NCBI RefSeq assembly: GCF_001194135.2 | Contig: NC_068986.1 | Location: 5,801,018-5,864,607 of the forward strand | From: Octopus bimaculoides | Taxonomy: Eukaryota | Reading direction: 5' to 3' | Length of the DNA: 63,590 bases | Shown: positions 40,151 to 50,600 of the stretch, piece after piece | Layout of the letters: each line of letters begins with the position of its first letter | Numbering within the stretch: position 1 is the first letter of the stretch | Made by a program: the position numbers and the translations under genes | The notes under the pieces: generated by a model | What the model was told of the DNA's origin: nothing | Databases searched by the model: none | The model's input: only the letters and a program-made list of their open reading frames with translations

Positions 40151-40910
40151 AACAACAAACAAGATGAGGACAAATATCCATCAAATGTANNNNNNNNNNT
40201 ATCAGCCGAAACAATGTGTTAACAACAAACAAGATGAGGACAAATATCCATCAAATGTAAATAAAGTACATAATTCCTCATCTCTTAAATATAGAACTGT
40301 ATTATGTATGTGTTAGTCAATATACATGCACATACTGTGATTTATATATACTAGATAAGATATAATATTGGCTTCAAATTTTTGGCACAAGGCCAGCAAT
40401 TTCGGGGGAAGGATTAAGTCAGATTGATACCAGTGCTCAACTGGTACTTATTTTATTGACCCCAAAATGATGAAAGGCTAAGTTGACCTTGGCAGGAGTA
40501 AATGTAAAGATGGATGAAATGCTGCTTAACATTTTACCTGGCATTCTAACAGTTCTGCCAGCTTGTCACCATTGGAAAAAGATTCAATATCATTAGAAGA
40601 CAATTATAGAAGATGAGAAACTCTTATTTAGCATAACACTTTAGTTATGTAAATTAATGTCTAAGTATGTCATCTTGGTTGCAAAATTTGTGAAAATCAA
40701 TAATATTTTAAAGCTGAATTTTTATTTCTTTAAAATTATATGATGATCAGAATTGCTTATTGATGTCTTTTATCTCTCAGCATACCTTCAGCAAATCATT
40801 TGTTGATGATTCCCACATTGAAAGTGTTAAGAAATTCAAATTCAGACTTCTAATCCCATCAAACAGTATGAAGAGATGGTTATCTTTTTTGTATTAACTG
40901 TCCTCTAGGG

Positions 40911-41120
40911 CAGGGATCTCTAACCACTGGACTGTAGACCAACACTGGGCCATAAATCATTTGGTACTGGGATGCACAGAAACAATAAATTAAAAAATTT
41001 TATTTCTATTTTATTGGCCATCGCAGTCTCCAGTGTGCTTTTAGCATTTTATATGCATTATATATGTAATAATCAAATTATGGAAAAATTGTCTTCTATG
41101 AAACTGGTTTGTGGGAACAT
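40911..41120. mobile_element. Decayed hAT/Charlie-like (MER1-type) non-autonomous element
   Basis: Left end cagggatctctaaccactggactgtagacc; subterminal ggaaaaattgtcttctatgaaactgg motif typical of MER1-like Charlie elements. Confidence 0.5.
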
Positions 41121-41211
41121 CATGCATTTTTATGTGAAATTCTAAAATATACTATATATTAAAAATGACATACTTTTGACTCACTTCGGGTGAGTAGTGG
41201 GGGGTGACCTT

Positions 41212-41815
41212 TAATATAGGCTGATATTTCTTGGTATTGATAGACAGACACTTTCCAGTTAACCATAATTATAGAAAGATCTTCAACAGACATAACTTAA
41301 AAATCAGTTTCAGCTCAACTGCTAATTTTAAGAACATAATCACACACAACACACAAAAGCCGCAATATGAAGCCAGCTGTTCAGGCAGAGATAAAAACTT
41401 GTGCCCGCTAAATGGAGCTTGCATGTTCAAAACCATCATTTATGAGGCCACCATAGATTCTGTATCCACTAAGGACGTAGTTTCCACGAAGAAATACGTG
41501 GGCCTCACGGAGGGTAATTTCAAGGCCAGATTCAATAATCACACTTTGAGTTTCAGGCACTGGGACAAAAGAAAAATGACAAAATTATCCAGTCATATAT
41601 GGTCTTTAAAAGTTAAAGGTGTCAGTTACAACATCCATTGGAAGATCCTAGCCAAGTGTAAACCTTACACCAGCAGCAGCGGAAGGTGCAGTCTATGTGA
41701 TATGGAAAGATGGCTCATCTGGAAAGGCAGCTTAGACCCCACCACATGTCTAAATTCAAAGACTGAACTTTTCAGATCATGTCCACATGTGACCAACTAT
41801 TTGCTACGTTTTTAG
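41212..41815 (+). mobile_element. Second Penelope-like element fragment (Cys/His-rich GIY-YIG subtype)
   Basis: NIG*YFLVLIDRHFP...CPLNGAC..IIYEATI...KYVGLTEGNFKARFNNH...LSSHIW...WKIL...CSLCDME...LNSKTEL...CPH. Typical PLE C-terminus. Confidence 0.85.
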
Positions 41816-42229
41816 TCCCCCTGAGTTTACTGATAGGACTTGCTTTATATTTTTGTGTCTATAAGCTTTTTATCTCTCTATAATTATTACTTACATTTCT
41901 TATATATTTTTTAATATGTTTTAATATTTTTACTAATAGGACCTGCTGATGGGACTGTACTGATAGGTTTCTATATTGTGTCTTTTTTACTTGGATTTTA
42001 TATTTTTATATTTTTTAATATTTTAAATTATTTTAATGTTTTTTTTACATAATTATAAGGTTAATGTTTTTGTATTTTTCCACATATATTTTTCTGTTTT
42101 CTCCCCTCCACCCCTTTTTTTCCTGTACACCTATAGGCATGTACAAGGAACTTTATATATGCGTACTTGTGAGTGTGCGCGTGGATGTTGCATATGTAGA
42201 TATATGCGTGCGTATATAGAGATATGGGT

Positions 42230-43790
42230 GGGGTAGCAAATAAATCAGCTTTCACCTACAGAAGGGTTCCATCTCTGGTTTCTTGTCAACCACACTCACC
42301 TTCAGTTGATCTCCGCTGCCACAGATATATTCCACATGATTTTCTTCAGTTGCTTGGGTTCCAAGCTAATCTTCTACAAGAAATAGTGCAATGATCTTGC
42401 TGGGAAGCTGCTACAAGCAACTTCAGTGGATAATGAGGCTGTGTGCCTTGAGCCTCATCGACTAGGTACTGGTATTTTTGGTGAGAAATGTTAATCCTCC
42501 AATGACATTGTGAATTCAACTGTGGTGATCGGTTTTGCACTCCTGGATAGAATAACCATGAATGATCTGAGAGATGTCACAGTTACCTCTTCTGGAAAGA
42601 TGAGCTTGCCTTTCAAATTCCCTTGCATTTATCAGTTAGATGCTTGATGTATAATAGAAGACAAGTTTCCCACAGCTATTTTTGTCTTAGGAGTCTCATC
42701 ACATTCTTTAAAGAGTTTGATACCTTTGAGTGGTGACGTCTGTTGTTTGTCAGCCTTAACTCTCTGCAGGTCCACTCATGTGACGATTTCTTTAAGAGCC
42801 TCTAGAGTTTTCTAGTGCTCTATGGCATCTGGTCAAAAATGTGGTTCAGAATGTGAAGAGTTGCTTCACACAGCTTGCAGGATAGGTTTTGTTCTTTGCC
42901 CAGATTTTAAGGTTGTTTGTGGTTAGAAAGGGGTCAGTGACAGTACATAGAAGGAAGGACAACTTTTCCTAGTCAGTACTCCAGAATTTTCTCCAGAACA
43001 GTGGTCACTTGAGTGCCTGGTCCCATTGCATACACTATCATTGTCAGGCAAGCACTACTGTTTTTGTATTGTCTTCTTTTACCTTTCAGATGCTCTGCAC
43101 TATGAGCCCTTTCTTGCCTTTGGTATTGAACACTGTTCCACCTCTTATTGTTTTAGTTACTAAGTTCTGTCTATCTTTCACAGACTACTCCAACAATCTC
43201 TTTGCACCCTCAGTACATTTTATCTTCTTTCACAGCTTTCATTCCACACTACCATTTACAGCTTTGTTGACATGTCTGATACACTCATCCTCAGACAGTA
43301 GCAATGTACTTGACTGGTTTCACCTTAGTGGCTTTGAATTCCTTCAGCCCCGATGGTAGGTGGAGTTTGAAGGTCCTTCTGTACAGGTTGACTGAGCTGA
43401 AATTTGAGGGAGTAGCCACCCAACTTCCAATTTACTGCAAATCTCCCCATCACCTCTACCTGAATCATGGGGAAGTCATAAAGAAGGAATGGCCATTGCA
43501 ATTTGAATATTTGCTGTTCTGGAAGAAATTCATCTTAAACATCCCAAGTAGTTGGTTATTGTCAAATGTTTTGAGCTAGCTGTTTTGATGAGTCATAGTA
43601 TGTTTGGCATTACTGTTGTACTACAGGATGTTGTCAGAATTCTTCTGAAGGCATTGTATTGCTTTTTCCTTTCTGGATTCAGGATACTCAGATCACAAGA
43701 TTTCTCTGGGTTGGATTTTGTAAGTGACCATGCAAGTATCTTCTCCAGCAAGCTCAAGGTTAGCCTTATTCCTTGGACTGATGGTGTTAT
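42230..43790 (-). mobile_element. Decayed REL-endonuclease non-LTR retrotransposon (HERO/NeSL-like), 3' portion
   Basis: Minus-strand remnants of the zinc knuckle (CKLCEATLHIL near 42860), SLRSFMVILSRSAKPITTVEFT (PDMV-like), KYQYLVDEAQG, EVACSSFPARSL and WLTRNQRW. Many stops. Confidence 0.7.
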
Positions 43791-43811
43791 ATATACATAT
43801 ATATCAGAGAA

Positions 43812-45022
43812 ATTGCACTATCTCATAAATAATGTAGTTTTTTACACTTATTTTTCAAAATTAAAATAAACAAAGTTTTTTTCTTATCTAAAATATACTC
43901 TTCTTCATTTCCTACAATGCTCTTCCATCTATCTGGTAGATTTGCAAGAGCCCTCTTCCAAAATTCACTTGTCCGTGATGAAAAATACTCCTCTGGTACC
44001 GTTCTGACTTTGTCTACAGAATTCATATTTTTTCCATTCAAATGATTTTGAAGACTGCAGAATAAATGATAATCTGATGTGGCAATGTCCAGCAAATATG
44101 GTGGGTGGGGCATCATTTCCCATTCAAAATGCTCCAGCCTTTGGAATGTCTTTCTTGCTGCATGTGGCCGAGCATTATCCTGATGGAAGAACACCTTTCG
44201 TCTTGAAACCGAAGATTGTTGTCTTTCTTCTGGCACTGACTGAAGCCACTCAAGCTGCTCGCAGTAGATCTCCTTTGTTATTGTTTGGTTTGGATTTAAA
44301 AGCTCTAAGTGGACTAAACCTTTCATATCCCACCAAACAGATAACAACACTCACTCTCTTCAACACTTGACATTTTTATAGAGAACCTATTTCTCATCAC
44401 CAGTCACTATTCAGTCCAAAAGAGTTTAATTCGTGAGACATGACAGCAAAGAATCCCTTCACGCGATTAGATTAAGAAAGTTTGGAGGAACCCATTGACC
44501 CAATTTGCTGACTTTTCCGATGGCAAACAGGTGTCAATGAATGGTTGAATGATCAAATCCAAGCATCTCTGCTAGTTCCTCAACAGTTACAATGGGATTT
44601 TGTACCAACAGAGTTTGCAGGAAGTCCTTGTCAATCTCTACAGATCTTCCAGGACGAGACTTGTCATCTAGGCTGTAGTTTCCGGCTTGGAATTTCTGGA
44701 ACCACCGTTGACACTGGCTTGTGCTAATTGTCTGACCCCCATATACTACATTAACATTCTTCGCACTTTCCATTGTGTTGCTACCTTTATTGAACTCATA
44801 ATGCAAAATATGCTGAATATGCTCCTTTACAACTTACATTATAGCTTTTTAAAAAATAACTATTAAAATCGAACTGCACTCTTCAAAACTTGCACTAAGA
44901 ATAAATACAAGGTAAAATTACTACCTGCTATTCTAGCAAGTTGATGCAGTTAGTTTATCCCGTCATCCGCTGACTTTTAGTTCATACAATTGAAAAATAA
45001 GTATTATTTATTGGATGACTCA

Positions 45023-45024
<2 letters not shown>
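43812..45024 (-). mobile_element. Decayed mariner (DD34D) DNA transposon, about 1.2 kb
   Basis: N-terminal HTH ORF 44534-44806 (QRWFQKFQAGNYSLDDKSRPGRS); IVTGDEK near 44400; ORF 43823-44350 with WWDMKG, HQDNARPH and D-x34-D (SDYHLF). Degenerate TIRs ATTG..ATC..ATAAATAAT at both ends; stops and frameshifts. Confidence 0.9.
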
Positions 45025-45064
<40 letters not shown>

Positions 45065-45083
45065 NNNNNNNNNNNNNNNNNNN

Positions 45084-45143
<60 letters not shown>

Positions 45144-46569
45144 ACATACATACAAACATAGATACATGTGAGGACTTAAAGAGAGTAAAAGGAAGAAAAT
45201 AAAAAAATAAAAAAAGATGCATCTATTTGCGATAGATATATGAACGTAATTTCTATCCAAGTATGGATTTTGCTATGGATTTTGCCATGGGGTTGCAATG
45301 GGAGTATTGATAACTTTGATTTCGCCAAGGATTGGGCAAGTGTTTCTGTTGATTACGGATATAGTTCTATTGTTCTTTTTCTTCACCTCAAATAAGAATT
45401 GAACTGCTCCACCGCTAGGTGTTTTAGTTACTAAAAAACTTTCAAAAACTTTCGGCGACACCAGGCTGCCAAATCAGATTGGAGCCTGGTGTCGCCTCCT
45501 GGTCCACCAGTCCTCAGTCAAATCGTTCAACCCATGCTAGCATGGAAAGCGGACATTAAACGACGACGATCCTGTTACTGTAATCATATAACAGCAGAAT
45601 CTACACACTTCTTCCTCTTTGTGCTACTTGTTGCCTCTGCCACTCCTTGGAACCACTTCCTTCAACATCCTCCCTTATTTTCGATATCATCCCTTCTCTG
45701 TTTTCCACTGATTACCCCTCTCTTTACTTCCAGATATATTTCCCTCTCCTCTAAGTTACCTTTTGGGTACTGCTATACCTCATTTTTAACACCCTCTCAT
45801 ATCTGCTATCTTTCTCAACATTTTCTCATATCTACCATTGATATTCCCCTTCACTTTTGCCCTCCCCCCACAAACTAACTATACTGAACCTAACTATGTG
45901 TACCTTTGACCACCATCTCTCTCTCTCTCTCTCCACCTTCCAACACTGCACATCATCTCCCTATTTCCTTGTCTCTGCCAGTACCGCCTGACTGGCCTTC
46001 GTGCAGGCAACACGTAAAAGCACCCACTACACTCTCGGAGTGGTTGGCATTAGGAAGGGCATCCAGCTGTAGAAACTCTGCCAAATCAGATTGGAGCCTG
46101 GTGTTGCCATCTGGTTTCACCAGTTCTCAGTCAAATCGTCCAACCCATGCTAGCATGGAAGGCAGACGTTAAACGATGATGATGATGATGATGATATATA
46201 TATATACTCACACACACACTCATAATGTGTGTGTGTGTCTAGAAATGACTAAATTAGTTTCTTAATTTTTTGCGCATATCTTTATGGTTTGAAATTATTG
46301 CACAATAGGAAAAAGATCAGTATTATTAACATTTTATTTCACATGAAAATAACATTTTAATTCAATTTCTGATTTAAGTAAAAGCATCTTCCAAGGGAGG
46401 TAACTTTAAATGACTAAAGTAAAGTGACGTGTATGTTAAGAGTATGTGTGTGTGTGTATGTGTGTTAGAGAAAGCAGAAAAGGGATAAAGCGAGTAAGAG
46501 GGGGGGGGGTGTCTATATGCAAGGTCAGGCAACAGAAGCAGCAGCAGCAGCGATCGTTTTTGTGCTTTG

Positions 46570-46621
46570 TATAAAAGCAAACATTATCTCGTCCAGCAGT
46601 TTGCTAGCTGGAAGCGTAAGT
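46570..46621 (+). promoter_or_regulatory. Candidate TATA + Inr core promoter of PPP1R14, followed by a splice donor
   Basis: TATAAAAG at 46570-46577; Inr-like GCAGTTT with A at 46598 (28 nt from the TATA start); GTAAGT at 46616-46621; CpG-retaining flanks. Confidence 0.5.
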
Positions 46622-46944
46622 AACAACACATTCTGTCTATTTTCGTCGCGTGTTAGATTTTTCACTCACTCACGGCATTTCGACTGATCTTAGTGAACTC
46701 TTCTATGAACTCTCTCGTGGACTAATTGTTGCCGACGCCGTAGACCAGCACCACTTTCTTGAGATTGATGATTTTACCTTAAGTTATATTAGCAAGCAAG
46801 CACTCAAATCTGTGATACTACTTTAATATACGCGTAGTCGAAACTGGCTCTCGCAGATTGTTGATTGTAGGTATCGTTACTAATGATCAAAGTATCAATT
46901 TGTATATAGTATCTTTTAATTCTGTTATAATTATTTGCTATAAC

Positions 46945-46980
<36 letters not shown>

Positions 46981-47414
46981 TATGTATACTTTAAAAAAAC
47001 AAATATCAGTTATTGTTTGACGAACATCAAGTAATTCAAGCAGAGAATATATAACTACAAACTGACAAAATGTGCTTGGTATAACAATCTTGTTTTGGAT
47101 TATTAATTAATTTACAGAGAGTTACATGGACACGTGTCCAAATTTACTGCCTCAACTGGAAGTTGAATTCGTTTTTTATTTCAAAGTTAGTTTAACAGAT
47201 AAAGTTAACTTTTTGCTTCATCTCCCAGGGCGGCATAGGTAGACAACGTAACGCCGGAGAGAGAAAGAAGAGAAATAAAATTAGTTCATAGCTACCAACA
47301 TTTTTCCACGAGAACTCAAGATTCTATTTATTATTTAAAATAATTCATAACAAATTGAAAATCTAAAGTTTGCAGTGTCGACTGGTTCCTTGTGTTGGGA
47401 CCTTCTCTCCAAGA

Positions 47415-47693
47415 ATGGCGACCACAACATACTCTTTGGACAAAGTAGCCACTGGTAGTAGCAATTCTAGTAGTTCCCAGCATCGTTCCCCTGCTGCTCG
47501 TTCAGCCACATCCCCTTCATCATCAGCTCATAACCGATCGGTAAATTTCAACACACAGCGAGAGGCGATTAAAGAACAAAAAAAGAAATACTTGACCGCC
47601 AAGTATGGTCAGCATCAAATGTCTTTGATTAGGAAACGTTTAAAAGTTGAAGATTGGCTTGACGAAAGATTACGGTTCTTGTACGGTTGTAAG
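47415..47693 (+). CDS. PPP1R14: Protein phosphatase 1 regulatory subunit 14 family (CPI-17/PHI-1/KEPI), first coding exon
   Basis: MATTTYSLDK...RSVNF (RVxF-like motif, 47535-47549)...KKKYLTAKYGQHQMSLIRKRLKVEDWLDERLRFLYGCK. Matches the family T-x-KY...RKRLxxEEW...L..LY.C motif, with the inhibitory phospho-Thr at codon 47595-47597. 93 codons; phase-0 donor AAG|GTAAGA. Confidence 0.9.
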
Positions 47694-50600
47694 GTAAGAA
47701 CCTTTGTTTTCATCATATTTTACCTCAATTCACGCATATATATTTTATTAATTTTTTTCCTCTATTCAAATTATAATTTTGTTTTGAACAAGAAATTATC
47801 GATTATACAGTTCTCCGTATTTTCCCATTCATCTAAAAATATTTCGATAACACTTTTCCGAATTAAAATCTCGCCAGATGACTTCATTCTTCATCTTCCT
47901 AGAGGTCGATAAAATACATTGTACCAGTAATATACTGTGATTTATTCTACAGAACCTTGGTTTTGTACTTTATGGGAAAAATAAAAAAGAATCAATATAA
48001 TTTTTTCATTCTATCGAATATGAAATGTTTTTCTTCATTAAGGCCGGCTTATATGAAATGGGACAGACGTACGCTACAATATTCAAACGAGCACCATATC
48101 GATAACACGTTTGTGTATCTTTTCAAACTAGCATGTGTTAATGTATGCATTGATTGTTAGAATTCGCTTGAAATCTAAACCACATGTAATGCAAATCAGT
48201 GTTTCTCTAAGTATTTGTAAATCTAGATAAAATCTCTCTTAATCTTTCCATTCATTTCACTATATTTCTGTCTTTCCTGTGATTATTTACCACGATTTTT
48301 AAATAGGCGCCGAAACTAAGCATTTTATGGAAGAAAGATTAGAATTGAGACCTTCATACCTTATCATAATTCCAATAGCTCTAATAGAATTAAATTTTTT
48401 AAATGGGGAAACGATATCAGGTTGTATATTTGTTGGGAGATCTACTTGGATTATATTATGGGGCCAGGGCGCCATGTGGAAAATAACCATAGGTGAGATA
48501 CTTTTGCACTTAAATTCTCCCTCGGCGTTATCGCTTTACCGTTTGCAAAATTTTTTTTAAATAAATGAATTTCTGATGTTTTCAGTAAATTTCACTTACC
48601 ACGACTTCCTAAATTCACACCCAATCATCTTAGTAATAATAACAAAAGAAAACATTGGAGAACATAGTCTCTTATGTCTTTGTATGTATGTGTGTGTGTG
48701 TGTGTGTATATATATACATATAAATATAAAAGGATGGTCGAAGTAGGGACACCTTTGATCATTGATCTGCCTGATGAGGGGGAACCAGGGGTTAAACTGC
48801 AATAATGGTATTACACATATTCTAATTTGCGATGCAGCATTCTTTTAAATAATAAACAGGATTCCACGTAATTCTTGTTTTTGACATAGCACACGCACAC
48901 CTACATATGAAGTTGATTTAGTGGCACTGTGACCCGACACCAATTCCTGCAACTACCAGTGTGAGAACTTTTTTTTTCTTTTGAGACATCATGCAGTTTA
49001 CGTAGATAAAATGGCTGCATTAAGTGCCGGTTTAAGGTTCTTTTTATCTATTAATTTCTTTTGGGCCTTTAATTTCCTCTCCCAAAACGTGTGCAGTAAC
49101 AATAATTCATTTCACCTTTGGTACTACCTTTATGGTACTAAAGTTTATTCTAGATTCATGTCCGTCAATTGACGATACCATCAACATCAAAGGAAATAAT
49201 TTCCTGCAAATAGATAGTGAATTCGATATTGCATTCATAATATTGATGGTTGTTTTACATACACAAGAATACTTTATAGTAAAGAAAAATATATAAAAAG
49301 AATAAAATGTGTGTCCGCATGCTAGAGTGTTGACGCGATCTGAATTTACAATTTGTGCCAGCAAGTTTTGCAGAGAAAATTTAAAAGAACAACATCCTAC
49401 TATAAATATATAATTCAGTTTGCAGTATAGTATATTCCATTGATCTATTGAAACGTGTTTCAATCTCTTAACGCTTTGATTTCGTATAGTTTTTGAACGT
49501 GAGTTTAAACCTGAAAAGCCTTGTCATGGAAATAACGAAACTAGTCCCTATACCAACAATAATGCGCGCGCGAGCGTACTTTTTAAAAATTAAGATTTTA
49601 AGGAAAAAAGAAAATAAGATTGCTATTAGATATGAAATACAATTTTCTGTGTGATGTGTGCGGAAGAAATCGTTGCTATCTTAATATATTCTTTCCTTAT
49701 CTCTCATTTTCGCTCTTTCGGTATGTTTTCTTTCTTTCTATTTCATTCCTTCCACTTTTTTCTACATCTTTCGCTTTATCTGTTTGTTTTTAATCTAGTG
49801 TTTCCTGTTTAGGCGGCGGCTCATGGTACTGTAATGTCACTTATTCGTTACCGACCACTAAGATCTGCTCTTGAGATAGAAGCTTGTTTCACACACGCAC
49901 GTTTCTGATTTCGCGTGCGGAAGCGCGTGCGTGTGTGGAGGATGTGTTGGTCCTCTCGAGCCCCCACCCCCATTGACACTAGATGTTTGAAAATGGTACC
50001 TGTCATCTGACACTTGATTGCAATACTTTTAGGAGTCTGTTGAATTTTTAGGAATCTTGGTCGTAACTCAATACAACATGTATACTACAAGACAATAAAC
50101 TCACATAGATTATATTGCTGCATTTAAGTTGCTGTTTTACCCAATGAAAGCCCTGATCGAGTAGACCTGTTGTCAAAAAAAGTTCCAGCCATGAGCAGTT
50201 TATTCATAGACACATTATCTCTTGCATCATTTTCCAAGACGATATGAGTCTGATTTTAAGGAATTTTGATTGATATTTCTAGCATATCCAATGATTGCCT
50301 AGAACAAAGAGGCCTTTGATTCCAATTTTACTCTGCTGGACTCTAATAAATATTCGATGTTTAAAAAAGTTCCATTATATTTCTATAATTAAGTATTATT
50401 AGGAATTGTATTAAAAATTTTGCCAAAATATTTTGTGTATTGTAGAAGTAAAACCAATTTATTGTACATAAGTTTTAACAAAATCTTGCGTGGACCCCGG
50501 TTGAGAATCTCTGATTTAGAGGGTCTATCGTTGGCTCGTGTGTGAGTAATATGTATATATGCACAAACAATTCCAGCGAGTGTGTGTAAATCTCTCTCCA

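Larger units (their letters stand above)
39456..40315 (+). mobile_element. 5'-truncated Penelope-like element (GIY-YIG C-terminus plus 3' region with tRNA-like head and hammerhead)
   Basis: In-frame KGLSEKIQKICSPYDIKTVFKSNTTL...NCMYSISCSCGRLYKGET...RVDEH...IDDHVW..DEVKIIDRE.....RKLKET resembles PLE GIY-YIG endonucleases. Stop at 39933. Confidence 0.85.

Noticed and set aside
40129-40260. Tandem duplication of the hammerhead 3' half either side of a 10-N gap
   Set aside because: The copies are identical, including the apparent stem III mutation; most likely an unmerged contig overlap rather than a true tandem terminal repeat.
48770-48800. CTGATGAGGGG as a hammerhead core (also ctgatga at 1792, 32828 and 41946)
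   Set aside because: No stem II + GAAA arrangement. The 48770 site matches a short repeat also seen near 19500, 26470 and 33700.
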